From assembly GCF_009914755.1 (NCBI RefSeq), contig NC_060942.1: a stretch of DNA of 64,000 nucleotides. The stretch is one strand, 5' to 3'. The notes beneath the pieces are model-generated. The model was not told the DNA's origin and ran no database searches. It saw only the letters and a list, made by a program, of their open reading frames with translations. A program made the translations under genes and the position numbers. Shown here in pieces: positions 1 to 14,977 of the stretch. Each line of letters opens with the position of its first letter. The first letter of the stretch is position 1. This DNA comes from the human T2T-CHM13v2.0 reference genome, Homo sapiens.

Positions 1-580
1 ATAGCAGCCACAGGACTGACTCCAGGCAAGACTATCCAGTGGAGCCCAGCCCACACTGCTGACCTACATAATTGTGAGCAAATAAAATGATTGTTTATTT
101 TATTTTACTTTATTTTATTTGATTTTATTTTACTTTAAGTTCCAGGATACATGTGCAGAATGTGTAGGTTTGTTACATAGGTATACATGTGCCGTGGTGG
201 ATTGCTGCACCTATCAATGCATCATCTAGGTTTTAAGCCCCCCATGCGTTAGGTATTTGTCCTAATACTATCCCTCCCCTTGCCCCCTACCCCCTGACAG
301 GCCCTGGTGTGTGATGTTCCCCTCCCTGTGTCCATGTGTTCTCATTGTTCGGCTCCCGCTTATGAGTGAGAACATGCAGTGTTTGGTCTTCTGTAGCTGT
401 GTTAGTTTGCTGAGAATGATGGCTTCCACCTTCATCCATGTATCTGCAAACGACACGATCTCATTCTTTTTTATGGCTGCATAGTATTCCATGGTGTGTA
501 TGTGCCACAATTAAAGAGTTGATTTTTAAACCACTGTATTTGGAGGTAGTTTGTTAGCAGCAACAGACAACTGATATATC
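1..580 (+). mobile_element. MaLR (MLT1-like) LTR fragment interrupted by an L1
   Basis: 1-95 and ~515-580 read as one MLT1-type LTR 3' end (aataaa...ccactgtatttggaggtagtttgttagcagcaacagacaactgata) split by the L1 insert. Confidence 0.55.
95..509 (-). mobile_element. L1PA-type 3' end, 5'-truncated
   Basis: T-rich tail then the canonical L1 3'UTR; ORF 268-510 (MWHIHTMEYYAAIKKNE...) is the L1 ORF2 C-terminus/3'UTR signature. Confidence 0.9.
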
Positions 581-1779
581 TGTCGAATGAGTGATTCCAG
601 GGTCTGAAGTAGACTTAGGGCAGAGGTTTCATAAGTCCCCTGTGTGTGATCCTTTGCATGTACTTTGGGGTAGCTTTGGTTGTTAGAAATTCTTCATATT
701 CCATTGAAACATACGGGAGCTTTTGCCTACCTGTCTTAATTCTGTTTTTCTTAAGTCTCACAAATTAATTTCAATTTCTCATCTCTTTCCAACATTTCAA
801 ATTGTTAAAAACATCTACTTTTTCTGCACAGATACCCCTATTTTTTTTCTACTTTAGACCAAACAATCCCTAGTTCTTCCTACTTTTCCTTGTGTGTCAG
901 GATTTCCAGACGCTTTGGCACCCTAGTTGCTACCCTCAATGTTCCTTCGATAGAGAGGCTCTCATATTCTGGCATCCTGTCAACTCCTCTGCTCCTTAGA
1001 AATCAGGACAAGCAAATATGATTTTAAGTATATTGCCAACCCCATCTCCCTCACTTCACAAACCCATAAACAGAGAGCACAGTACAACAGGCCCCATGAC
1101 TGTAACGCTGAAATTCCCAGGGAAAGCTGCAGAACACACCAGGAATCATACAGAGGAGCCTTTTTCAAGGAGGGTATTTTGAGACGAGAAAGAAAGACAT
1201 TTCATATCACCCCAGCTAATGTTTTTTGGGTATTCCTATTGCTCTTATGCAACAGACTCTTCTTCCATATATTAAACTTCTGAGAAGTGCAATAAATAAT
1301 AGTAATCTAGACATATTTAAACCTTAATATTCAGCCTGGCAGAATAAGCAGATATTTGCACTTCAATTTTCTTTGCACAAAGAGGTTAAATTGTCCATCC
1401 CTCTTCAAAAAGTGAGTCAGAAGTAAGCATGAGTCCAAGCCACCACCAGCCCCACTTTTCTCTATAACATCACATTCCTTTCTGCTCCCAAAGGAGCCAT
1501 TTAAGAGTTGTTGGGATATAGCAAGCAATATACCGTTTTTTAAAAATAACTACAATATGAAGTTGCCGAAAGAAGAAAACATCTGGATGCTATTGACGAC
1601 TATGACGGCAGTAAGTCTAAATTCCCAACTCTAGTGGGTTGGAAATCACTGGGACATTTATAGGTTGTGGTAGTTTTTGCCTCATGCCTTCATTGTGAGC
1701 AGAAGTTCACATTCATCTTATAACCAGCCTGTATCTAAGAGAAGCAGACAGGAATAAGGCACATCTCCTGGCTTCTTAC

Positions 1780-1927
1780 CTTCTCCGACTCCCGCCAACA
1801 CTTCAGGATGAATATGTGAGCATAGATGTCCTCCACACAGATCCAGCTGGACAGGCTCAAAGTTGTGTCCGTCCACACCCAGTCCATCACTGCCCTCAGC
1901 TCAGTCAAAAAGGGCACGAGGCGAAAC
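1780..1927 (-). CDS. PIEZO2: PIEZO2 exon (148 nt): FRLVPFLTELRAVMDWVWTDTTLSLSSWICVEDIYAHIFILKCWRESEK, anchor region
   Basis: cag|GTTTCGC ... GAGAAG|gtaaga; phase 2 to 0; conserved Piezo PFLxE and W-x-WT motifs. Confidence 0.97.
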
Positions 1928-3349
1928 CTGGCAGGAAACACATCTCGTCAGAGAGACATTCGTGGGTGGCCCCCACCACCCTGCTCACCCAGGAGCTCAA
2001 GCAGTTCCTTAACTGCTTTAACCTCATGACTCAGAAACAATTCTCTAGGTGACCCTTCCAGTAAAACCCAACTTGGAACACAACTGCTTTTCATTATAAG
2101 TCGAATCTATGGATTTGTATTTTTTCATTCTTTTCCTTTTCTCTGATGATCATAACCAACTGGGATCTCCCTTTTAAATAAGTGTGAAGGTGTGAAGGTG
2201 ACTCAGCTTCTTTCACATTTATTTGTTCATGTTACGAGACCCTTGGCCATGCGGTGCTGAATGACTGCGGCTCTGTTGCTGGATGAGTTAGTAGGGGTGG
2301 TGCACCTGGTAGGTTAAAAATGAGGGCAAATGGATAAAGGCAGAGGGAGAAGGAGAGGTTGTAGGGAGCCAGGGTGTGAGGCCCCTCAGCCGCAGGACTT
2401 GCTGGAGTACCACAGTGATGGTGTTGGCTCAGCCTCTGTGGTTCAGTTGTGTTTCAGAAGGGATTGGCCTGGGCTCCTCCAGGCTCTGAAGAATTTTCCT
2501 TGTCTCTTGACTGACACAGAGCTTCTCCCAGCCTGGAGAATCTGGGTTCTCCCAGGGCCCTCACAGCAGTGTGGATTGCCACTCAGAAATTCTCCCCTAG
2601 GATGCCTCAGCCCTGTCAAGTGAATATAAATCCAATCCCTGGAAGCAACATCAGGCCCAGTCACAGGCTAGCACTGTATGAAACACGACCCCACACACAG
2701 CGCTTCACAGCATCTGAAGGCACTCGACACCTCTTCTGTCTGGTGCTGAGGAGGAGCCAGCAGTGCCACGGACTGTCTCACTTTTTATGCCGTGGTTTAA
2801 TTTGCGAGAGAACAGAGAGGAGATGCTACTGCTGAACTTGTCACATAGAAGAGCACATGTGCTTTGAGTAGTTAACTTGCTACGTGGGCACACAGGTGAT
2901 GGCATTCAGGTTGGTGTTAGGCAGAAAGAATGCTCCTTTTCAATGGAGGAACTTACTGTATACAAAAAATTCTAAGGATAATTTGGAATTCCCAAGTTAT
3001 TTGGAATAGTCCAGGCTCCACATGCTGTGTTCTTTTGTGCCCAGAAGTATATAAATACTTACAGATCATGTATCCCTATTTTTCATTCTCAAATATTATC
3101 ACAGTAATTATGCAGGATACTAACCCACGTGGATGAATGTAGAACAGCACCTGGACAGGCTTGTGGCAATTAAACATAGAAAGGTGTTTAAAGAGGCATA
3201 TTTGTTCCTTTGCCAACATCGTAAGAGTTCCACAACGATTCCCACTGCTGAATTCATCCTCTCCCCCTTACTTCCCAGTTGGGAATCAAAATGCCTTTCC
3301 ACCGCTATTCTTCCCCCATAAGTGACTGTGACGTTGCAGAGCGTCCTAC

Positions 3350-3508
3350 CCTTGGAATAAGAAGAGGTTGACGTAATTGTAGCTCTTGGTGAGGAAGTTC
3401 CCCAGGACTCGCGTTGGGTAGCCACAACGGATCTGGTAAGCAGACAACCCGAAGTAAACACATTTCACAAAGTACCAAAGCTGGGCAACCAGGTTCTGGC
3501 TGAATTTC
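3350..3508 (-). CDS. PIEZO2: PIEZO2 exon (159 nt): KFSQNLVAQLWYFVKCVYFGLSAYQIRCGYPTRVLGNFLTKSYNYVNLFLFQG
   Basis: ttttag|GAAATTC ... CAAGG|gtagga; phase 2-2; coding frame is not in the ORF track, read by hand. Confidence 0.96.
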
Positions 3509-3893
3509 CTAAAATGTAAAAGTACAGAAAGTGAAGCAATGAAATACTCTTCTGAAACAAAAGGATGGCAGTGTCAAATTAAAACAACAGGCCAACAGAA
3601 TTTCCCCTTCATCATTCCAACTCAATTCTAATGAACTGTCTACACATAGTGGATCACTTCAAAGGCAAAAGGTGGGATAAAAAAATTCAATAATTAAAAT
3701 GATTTCCTGTGAATGGTGCCTCCAATCTGTCTTATACTGTTGTTTAGGCCATAATTAAAATAAATTATTAAGTGAATTTACTGATAAATATTTTCTCACT
3801 ATGTAGATGATGCAGCTACCATAGTCCAAATTAGACTCCTGAAAGAAAAAGCCTATATACATTATATATATGATATATTAAAAATATATATAA

Positions 3894-3939
<46 letters not shown>

Positions 3940-4561
3940 GATCCATTTGGAATATGTAGGAGAAAGAATTCTGATAGGTGGACTCTCAATTTCTTTTTAC
4001 TATTCATTATAAAAATAAGTAATGGATTAACAAACTCTGGAAACACCTGGATTTGGTTCCAGTTCTGTCTATATGTTATGGGGTTTGTTTCCCAAGCCAT
4101 CATTTCTCAAGACATCAGTGTCTTTATTTGATAATTCTTCCTAGTTCTGCAAATCTATAACTCCATGACCTGATGTTTATTTATTTTTAATGATTTCCTC
4201 AACAGTACAGATGGTAGTCTTCTCTCCAGGTGAATAGTGAAGAGACATAGTATTGTACAGTTCAGGACTGCTAGCACAAGTTTGAAAAAAAATAGTAGAA
4301 TTAAATTTCACACTAGAAAAACATTTTAGAATATAATTTCAAAGAATGATGAGCTATAGGACCACTTTAAACTTTGGATAAATGCAGCATTCTCCAAATG
4401 TCTTAAACATGGTCAGTACAGATTTTAAAAAGGAAATAAAAAGAAAACTTTTGACTTGGTAAGAGTTTGGTATAATCTTCTCTGTCCTTAAAATTAAGAT
4501 CCATACTTGAATGTTTTGATACAAGCACCATATTTCTCTCTGTGCCATATTTTGGATTTGT

Positions 4562-4685
4562 CCCCTGCCTCCCTCCCTCCCTTTCTTCCTTCCCTCCCTC
4601 CCTCCCTTCTTTCTTTCTCTCTCTCTCACCCCTTCCTTCCTTCTTGCTTCCTTCTTTCCTTCCTTCTCTTTCTGTCTCTCTCTTG
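4562..4685. repeat. CT-rich simple repeat (CCTT/CT)
   Basis: Pyrimidine-only low-complexity run. Confidence 0.85.
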
Positions 4686-4699
4686 CCCACACCCCCGTG

Positions 4700-5788
<1,089 letters not shown>

Positions 5789-6671
5789 CAATCCGGATGT
5801 CTTTTATTTTTACTTATTTTGCTGGCCTGGGATTAGGATCTAGTATCACCATTCACTGGCTGAATGACTTTGGGGAGATCACTTTTCTTTCTGGGTTGTA
5901 TCTATCTTAATCTGCAAAATTAGGTAATAGGCTTGGAAAGCGTTTTAAGGTGTCTTTCTTCTCTGAAATTAAGAGTTTCTGTGAAGGTTGGTTTTGTACT
6001 GAAAAATGTATTTTATGTATTCTATTTTAAATACCTACAAACAATATTCACAACACTCTCATGAAAAAATTATAATATTTGTACAAGCAGTGGCGTTCAT
6101 CTGAATTATTATTATAGCCTGGGCTATATTTAATCTCCCAATATATGGTGTGGAATGGAGAACTGGGTTATTGTGTCTCTTCTGGGTAACAATCCTTTAT
6201 TTAGTTCTACTGTAGACTCAGGAAAAAGTATCCCAATTCTACTTTCCTTTAAAAATATCTGCATTGTCACCATTTATTATTATAAAGCAATAATTTTATA
6301 ATTAGAATTTATTTTTAATAATAATTTTTATAATTATTATAAAGCAATAATTCCTATACTGAAATCGAACGGTCAGAACCTAAACACTCAAACAAAAGCA
6401 GCCATTAGGCTCTGGCTACTGTTAGAAGCAATTTGGATTTTCTCAATAGGAATTACACTTGAACTGGTTTACTTATGAGCCACATACGTAAAATCCATTT
6501 TTTTTATTACTTTCTATTCATTCTTCCCAAATGATATTAGCCTGCCTGTTTGATATGTTATTCATAAGACTTGGCTACAAATGACTCAGAGGTGTGATCA
6601 AAAGATCAAATTTTCTGTTAAGCATGAAGATTTTCAGAGATACCTGAGGATGTTTAAAATAGTACATCATT

Positions 6672-6982
<311 letters not shown>

Positions 6983-8196
6983 TTTTTTAAAAAACTAGCA
7001 TGTCACAGTCTGGGAGTGCAGTTCCAGAGGAGGCTTTCAGAGCCACAGCAGATGATGGCAGCTTCACTGGATTAGGTATGTGGCTCCCCAGGCCAGTGAC
7101 GAAGAGTTATAGTTTGCTTGTGTACATAAAATCAGATATGCTTATTAAAAATTCCTATTCCTACTACATCATATGGACAAGGCCACATTCACCTTCTGCA
7201 GAGCCTTTTCTTTCATAACCTGACAAAGCAGATATTTCCCATTTATAAAACTCCACTTTGTTTTTCTTTGCCGAAATGACCAGATCATTTGTTCATCCAT
7301 GAGCACCAACTGTCATAAACACTGTTTTGCCTGGAGGCGTGAGGTGGGAGACAGTCTATAGAGAAGTGTTATCTGAACAGAGATCTCGAGAGTAAGGAGG
7401 AAGTAGACTTTGGGTTGGAGGCTGGGGAGAAGAAGGCTGGGAGGGAGCAGAGCTTGGAGATGCCAGGCACACTGGGGAACTGAAGGTCAACACCCTTTCC
7501 TTAGGGTTCTAGGTGACAGAGGGAAGCACAGCAGCCACTTTGAAGGATCTTACCAGCCCTTTCCTGACAGCTTCTGGCCACCCTGACCAGCAGCACTAGT
7601 TGTATTAACAGCAGCAGAGTCCAGCAGGATGGGTCTGCGTGCTTCTCTTACCACAAGCTGAGACATTGCTAGGTGCTTTCAAACCTCGCTGCAGTTAACC
7701 CCCACCAGTCTCCTATGTGGAGACTCTATCATCTGCTCCCCAACCCTCTCCCTCTATCTCTTCTTCTATCCATTAAGCATCCTCCATTTGTTCATCTATT
7801 TCTCTCATGACTTAGTCTGTGCCTTCTCTCCCTCTCAAAAATGCCCCCAAGACCATATTCCACTTTACCTCCACCTCTGCTAAGGTGTAGAGAGAAACAC
7901 AGCACAAATACCCTAGGTTTGTTCAGGTTATTAAGGCTGTCACCGTTGTTATTTATAGAAACCTTATTTCTACAAATGTAGATAATATGTAATTAAAATA
8001 TTTTTGAGGAATCAGTTCACACTTTGGATTTGCGTTGACTATTGACCCAAACCTTTAGCTCTTCCTACCCGTGGTGCTGCTGTGCCAAGGCTCTGCCTGT
8101 GGCCAGCAGTTCTGCTGTGCAATGCATGCGAGTATCACCTCAGGAAACACAGTTGCATGGAGGCAGGTTGGTGCCTCTGGCTTCTGAAGACCTTAC

Positions 8197-8411
8197 CTCT
8201 CAGTCACACCAGGTAAGATGAAGAACATCCAGAAGTGAATTCCGAACACAAGAATGACCTGGAAGATGACCTTTCCCAGTACAGTCTTCCTGAGGTAGAG
8301 GGCTCGGTCCACCACCATGGTTCCAAACTGAATGAGGACCATCACCAAAAACGGCCCCGGGACCTGGTCCTCTGACAGTGAAGAGGTGATGTCTGCAGCT
8401 GCTGAGTGTTT
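8197..8411 (-). CDS. PIEZO2: PIEZO2 exon (215 nt): KHSAAADITSSLSEDQVPGPFLVMVLIQFGTMVVDRALYLRKTVLGKVIFQVILVFGIHFWMFFILPGVTER
   Basis: cccag|AAACAC ... GAGAG|gtaagg; phase 0 to 2. Confidence 0.97.
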
Positions 8412-8514
8412 CTGGGGAAGAGACAACAAATTCATGCCCAAGAGAGGCAATTCATGGCAGGAAGCGCCATCGCCATGGGTCAGGGCGGGTGCTGTGGCCT
8501 TTGCCCCAACCTAC

Positions 8515-8662
8515 CCCAAAGGCCCAAAAGCCGAAGACAATGATGATGAAGTCCACAGTGTCAGCCAGGAACATGAGTACATACACGTCAGTCACGGCGC
8601 TATACTCCGGGTGGATGAGGTTGTAAAAGAACTGTTTGATGGGCACATAGATCTCCAGCGTC
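8515..8662 (-). CDS. PIEZO2: PIEZO2 exon (148 nt): TLEIYVPIKQFFYNLIHPEYSAVTDVYVLMFLADTVDFIIIVFGFWAFG
   Basis: ttgcag|GACGCTG ... TTTGGG|gtaggt; phase 2 to 0; followed by a 103-nt intron. Confidence 0.97.
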
Positions 8663-9870
8663 CTGCAAAATGGAGACCCCCACCCCCAACCCACTTGTTT
8701 CAGGAAGGGCAGGATGGCAGAAATGACCAGACACTGCCATCATGCCACTCCTCTGCATTCCTCTTTCCAGTCAGGTCCCACCTTCCTCTCTCTGCCTCAG
8801 GATAGTCCCGCTGTGGACAGCTCCTGTTCTAACGGAGAGCGTATACACATTTACTGCCAAGATAGGTACTGCAGCCCTCTCTGCTGATGGCACCACAGCC
8901 CTCTCCTCTTGCTTGAAGCATAATAGAATGGTATGATGCCCTGGGAACGAGGTGTTGGGTTTGTAGCCTGATTCAATTGCTCACCACCGGCGAGAACCAT
9001 GAGCATGCTATGTAACCTCTGTGTTTAGTTTTCTCATCTGTAAAACTGGAGTGATGAGAAGACCTGATGCCTAGGGCCAAGGTGGGAAGTAAATGAGGGA
9101 ATGCATGAGGGCGCTCAGACTTGGAGTGCTTGGTCCATGCGCGTTTGAATGTGCAACGCCCCTGCTCCTCCTGTTTTAGGGCCTGTGTCCATGCTGGCTC
9201 CCACATACTCCCCTGGCCTTTTATCTATGCTTTGCTCTGTGCCTTAGTGTGGTGTCCTGTTGGCTCTTGCTTGTCTGTCTAACCTTTGCCCTATCTTTGC
9301 TCTGGGACCTGCCTTCAGTTCAACGCCACGTTCAGGTGCCACTGGCTCTCCTGCTCTCAGAGCCTCTGTCCAGGGCTCCACTCCCAGCTGGCAGTCCCAG
9401 TCCCATGCACCACTTCCATCCCCAGCAGGTGGAGGGACCTGTGTAGTGTGCTGGGTAACAGGTGTATGACCATGGACAAAGCATTTCCCCACCATGCACT
9501 TCCATCCCCTTCTCAGGATAAGAGTGCAGGTCTAAGGCCCTTCCAGCATTGACACTGTATTCCTCTCAGTCTGGCTGGACTTCACCATGATAATGCCTAA
9601 GAATACAATCCATGAGCCCTTGAAATGACCCATTTACTCTGTTCAAATAGAAAAAGCATGTGCATAAATGCAATGGATATAAAATGAATCACACTTACAG
9701 AAAAATGATTTTTAAAAACAAGACAAAAAGGGGTAATTTCATTCTGCCTTACGCAGATAACATTTGTGACACGAGAAGTTACTTCTCTGCTCTGCTCCTG
9801 GTTTATAGGAAATAATAAAGCCCAAAACCCTACAATAAAGCACACATGCCATATGTTCTCATGGACTCAC

Positions 9871-10003
9871 TTCTTTATGGTAAAGGCTTTTGCTTTGATT
9901 AAATGTTCTTGAAGCTTTTCCATATAAAGTTCCCTTTTGCCTTTTTGCTTAATACTCAAAACACTGCTTCCTTTTTGACTGCTGTTTCGGGTGCTTGTGC
10001 TGC
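9871..10003 (-). CDS. PIEZO2: PIEZO2 exon (133 nt): GSTSTRNSSQKGSSVLSIKQKGKRELYMEKLQEHLIKAKAFTIKK
   Basis: ttctag|GCAGCAC ... AAAGAA|gtgagt; phase 1 to 2. Confidence 0.95.
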
Positions 10004-10423
10004 CTAGAAATAAAAAGAGATCATAAGATGGGTGGTGGAGCCTGGGGTTTGTTCACCTAAATATCCAAGAAGCAGAACCCAGAGCCCACATGGTGGAGGG
10101 ATAGCTCAGGACTGTTTGGGAGGATGAGTATGCACGGCCTTGGGATTTGTCCTCAACTCTGCTCCCATCGCAGGCCTGTGGGGTTTAACACCCCATGGTG
10201 GCTCTTTCCTGGATTGCTATGCAATCTTTGTTTCAGAAGTAAATAAACTGGAAGGATAGTTTTTATTGTGCTAACTAGGGTACTAGGATGCAGGTGTTCC
10301 AGATAGGATGCCCCATGTCTGTTTTCCTATTCTAGTTTCTCTAATTGTAAAATGAATATGACATAATCTGCCAGTATCTGCCTCAAAAGCAGGTTCTGAA
10401 GATGACTATACACCACTGCATGG

Positions 10424-10549
10424 AAAGCTTCAGACAGGAGCCCCGTAAGTACAAAAGCTTCAGACAGGAGCCCCATAATTATAAAAGCTTCAGACAGGAG
10501 CCCCATAATTACAAAAGCTTCAGACAGGAGCCCCACAGATACAAAAGCC
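10424..10549. repeat. 30-bp minisatellite, ~4.2 copies (aaagcttcagacaggagccccataattaca)
   Basis: Units start at 10424, 10454, 10484 and 10514. Confidence 0.95.
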
Positions 10550-11047
10550 TAGTGATTCCAAGAGGGGCAGCTGTGAGGCATATCTACTTTCTGATTGTAC
10601 TCGTTGTTTGGGAAAAAATTAATTACTAGACTAGGAAATAACCATAGTTTGGCTAAAAGTTCTCATCAATTACATCTAAATATGTTTAAAAAATACATTG
10701 TGATTGATAGCACTCTGGACACGCCCTGCAGATTTTTCGCATGTAACACAAATAAATTATCATGAGCCTGGCGTTTATTAGGTACAAGGCAGTGTGCCGG
10801 CCATTTTTCACAATTATCTGAAACCCTTGTCCTGAGATACAATAAGGTGTTTTGGGTAATGGGGTCACACAGCTGAGGCAGGATTTGAACTCGGGTTTCT
10901 CTGATTTCAAAGCCCTTTCTTTTCACATAACAATGTCTGTCTCTTGATAGCACCCAATACACTCCCTTGCCCCAGACCCACAGGCACCAGAAAAACAAGG
11001 CCACCTGGGAGCTAACTACAGCCTAGATATATTGTGTCGACAGATAC

Positions 11048-11300
11048 CTCTTTGGGATCTGTTTGAAGAAAAGCTGGATCTCTGGGATGGCTCGGAGCTG
11101 CTGCCGGAGCGCTTCCTCCGGACAGCTGTCTGCTGCTCCGGGAAGGTCACATGCACTGACTCCACAGACGCGGCCAGGTTGATGGACTTGAGAGAATCGG
11201 AGGAGTCCCTCCTGCCATGACCGAGGGAGAGCTCATCATCTGATTCCTCCCTGGCCATGCCACTTTCAGTCATGTCATCTTCATCCCATAAGCCATGGCA
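11048..11300 (-). CDS. PIEZO2: PIEZO2 exon (253 nt): CHGLWDEDDMTESGMAREESDDE...SSFSSNRSQR
   Basis: tctcag|TGCCAT ... AGAG|gtatct; phase 0 to 1. Confidence 0.96.
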
Positions 11301-11413
11301 CTGAGAAAGCAGGGACAGGGACAAATGAGGCTACTGTTTCAGGTGGAACCCTTGGTATTCTGTCTTACAAAATCTCATCCAACAAACTGTCCTTCAAGAT
11401 TAGAAAAGCAAGA

Positions 11414-11768
11414 TGATATGGTTTGGCTGTGTCCCCATATCTCATCTTGAATTCCCACATGTTGTGGGAGAGACCCGGTGGGACGTAATTGAGTCATGGC
11501 GGCAGGTCTTTCCCATGCTGTTCTCGTGGTAGTGAATAAGTCTCATGAGATCCGATGGTTATAAAAAGGGGAGTTTCCCTGAACAAAGCACTCCTCTCTT
11601 TGCCTGCCACCATCCAAGTAAGATGTGACTTGCTCCTGCTCCCCTTCTGCCATGATTGTGAGGCCTCCCCAGCCGTGTGGAACTGGGGAGTCCATTAAAA
11701 CTCTTTCTTTCGTAAATTGCCCAGTCTCAGGTATGTCTTTATCAGCAGCATGAAAACGGACTAATACA
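11414..11768 (+). mobile_element. THE1-type (MaLR) solo LTR
   Basis: TG...CA termini (tgatatggtttggctgtgtcccca ... ggactaataca) with a 5-bp TSD CAAGA at 11409-11413 and 11769-11773. Confidence 0.92.
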
Positions 11769-14111
11769 CAAGAAAAGAAAGCTTGTCTAGAGCTTTATGA
11801 GGGTCCCAGTAGGGAAGAGATGGGTGGGTATAGATAATAAGATTTTAGCTGATAATTAAGATGGAGACAGATAGCTTTTGGCAGATGGACTAAGGAAGAA
11901 ATTACAGTGACTTGACTTATTGGATGGAAAGTCACCCTGATGACCTTGCTGCTGTTGGACGGAGCTCTCCCCTGAGCTCTTTGGCCACGCATTTGCTTCC
12001 TAAGACATTGCCTGGTCTTCTCTCTGACTCGTACATGGAGGACAAGAGCTCCAGGCCAATTTGTCAGAAATCAGTTGGTCAAAACCAACTCCGAGAATGA
12101 TCAATCCACCAGTCACTCATTTGACAGATGACTCTTAAATGTTTATTTGTAAATGTGTTATTCTTAAACATATTCAATGAATGTATTCTTATAAACATAA
12201 CAAACATTTTAGCTTTTCGTAATGGGATTTTTCAGTTTATATGGATTTCTTTCCTATTATTTTAAGAGTTGTTTCCTCTTTGGCCAACCTTCATATATTT
12301 AGATTATTTCACAACTTTCTCAGTAGTATATTTACTTGTTTGCCAATTCTTCTAATTATTTATCAAATATACAGCAATTTGTATGAAATAGGATGGTTTC
12401 AAGCACTTTTGAAATTTCTGCAGTTTTAATTGTTTGGTTTTCATGGCAACATTATATGAAAGATTTATTTTTTCAAAAGCTATGGGGTAGCTTGTCTTCT
12501 TAAGAAAAGATTTATCATTCTAAAAACTATTTTTATATATTTAATTAAAATTTTTAACATAATGCCATTACCTCAAATCTCATATACATTCATATATTTG
12601 AAATTTTCAAAAAAAGAATAAGATCAATATGAAACACCAAGATTTTATTATATGTTTTAAATATAAAATTGCAGCAGTTAAGCCATTTGAACATTGATGA
12701 AAAGATAGTAAAAGTGCCTAAAGAGTTATAATAATTTTAAATGATACAAAAGAATGTAAAGGTTGCAAGAGAATTCTGAAGTGATCAAAATTATACCATC
12801 AAGTATTAAATACTGAAATTTAAAAAGTGAATTTCTAAGACTAAAAAACAAGGTTAATACATTTATTAATATGTTCATAACAAAAATCAGTATACTAAAT
12901 AAATTCAAGTAATTAACATATCCAACAGAAGAACTGTAAGATTTAGGCAAATTCAATTTTTGCTAACTGATTTCCTTAGATACATAGCTTTCAAAAACCT
13001 GCCACAACCCAATGACCCAGCTAAGGCTCCCTCCAAATGGAGGGTTTGGGTACTTTGCAAAGTGATGGAAGCTAGAGTGAGGAGGCTGACCAGAGTACAC
13101 TCAGATGAAACCGAGTTTGAAATAGCTCACTGAGCTAGGGCAGAAGAAGTTAAACACACTGTTACATATCTATGTGTGCATGTATGTATATGTACGTGTA
13201 TGTATTAACTTATGCCAAGCCTGGTTCTAAAAAGGATTCTAGGGACTAAGAAAGATACTCCTGGATAAAAGGAATTTAAAATATTTTATATAAGAAGACA
13301 AGGTTAAGACGAGGGAAAGAAAGTAAGGTTGTAACAAGAGGTATATTCATACATAAAATCTATGCTATGCAATAATTTCTATTTATTAGAATTAAATGGC
13401 GTATTTACAAGTTTAGTTTATAATTCACAGCATGTGAGAAGGAAAAACCCATGAAGTTGCTCAGAAGGACAGGAGTCCCTGAGGCTGAGGCAGGGCCATG
13501 CTGTATAAAGGCCTTCCTCCAGCAGGATCATGAGTGGCCTCCTCCACAATAAGCAGGAGAAAGCACAGCTCTGGGTTTTACTGGGCAACTTTAAAGAATA
13601 TGTGGTTTCTCACCAACAGCTAGTGGTTTCATGACAAGAAGCTACCCAATGAAAGCAGTACTACTAGAAGAAGGGAGGCAGAAGCTGGGATGGAGATGAG
13701 ACAATATGATCCACACACATTGTGGCTGTCTGATGCTCTGGCTTAAATCAGAAGCAGAATTTAGTGTATCCGGCCTTAGAATATTGCACATCATTCAAGC
13801 AATGTTCCACAAAAGTGGATTCACGATTACACATTTAACCTAGGTTGGAAACATGGGGAAACATTCTCCCAGATTTATTGTAAGTTCCATTATTTAGCAC
13901 CACAAGTGTTGGAAAAAATGTCAGCTAAATGAACTTAACCTTTTTCTTTTCTCTCTCTTTTTTTTTTTAAAAAAAACATATGAGTAGATACCACTCACTG
14001 GCCCCTCAGCCCCATCACCAATCCTGATGTCCAGGTTATCTAGGAAGATTACGGTCCAGGTTATCTAGGAAGATGACCAACTTGAACTGATTAATTGTTA
14101 ACATGCAGTAC

Positions 14112-14294
14112 CTTCAAAATTGATCGATGAAAGAACAGAGCCAGGAGCTGGATGAGGTCATAGAGAACATAACCTTCCTTCTTTTCCACTCCTATGATGT
14201 TTGGGGGGTGATACGGTTTATCTTTGTTCACCTCCACATTCTTATTCCAGGGAAAGAACCCAAATTGGAAGAAATACTTGACTACAATTGCCAC
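14112..14294 (-). CDS. PIEZO2: PIEZO2 exon (183 nt): VAIVVKYFFQFGFFPWNKNVEVNKDKPYHPPNIIGVEKKEGYVLYDLIQLLALFFHRSILK
   Basis: cgtag|GTGGCA ... TTGAAG|gtactg; phase 0-0. Confidence 0.97.
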
Positions 14295-14977
14295 CTACGC
14301 ACAGATGACAGAAATTTTAAAACATTACTCCTTTTAGGAATAGATATACCTGTATATGGGAAAGAGCAATATAACAATTAAGAAAGAGACCCGCATTTCA
14401 CAGTTTTGATGGTAGGCAGGCACATAATTATGTGGAATAGTAACATTATCATTCTCGCAGACTATTGACTTCATAACAGAAGCAGCATCTAACCGTCACA
14501 GTGTCTTTCACTGTAGATCCAGCAAGGCCAGTCAGACTTCTCAGGGCACCGCTTTGATTAGTCATTTCCTCTTTTTTGAGGTGTTGGCATTATACTTATT
14601 TAATTAGATATTGATATAATTACGCAGCTATTAAATATATTATTTAGGGAAACATGAACAGAACATACTCGTATCTTTCTAGTTTCTGTATTTCTTTAAT
14701 TCGCAATCTATAGGAGCATATCACACGGTTAGGATGTATGTAGTTTTCACTTTCCTCCATCATATCTGTGTGCCACATTAGTCTGGGAGCCACTAAAAAA
14801 CAGAAATGAATATTTGCTTTCTATTCATCTTTGTATTCTGGTGCGTAGCAGGGTTCTTGGTTTCTGACACGGGGTTTGTATGATAGAGTAAATCAACATC
14901 AAGAATTTCCCACTTACTTCAGTCCTCAGTGCAATGTGACAAGAAAAGGGAGAGCCTCAACTTAACTTATATAGAAA

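Noticed and set aside
10327-10629. Repetitive ORFs and a CRISPR-like look of the 30-bp repeat
   Set aside because: Units are head-to-tail with only ~9 variable nt and no unique spacers; an ordinary eukaryotic minisatellite.
12030-13060. AT-rich block, possibly an old DNA transposon
   Set aside because: Could not identify termini or a family by eye.
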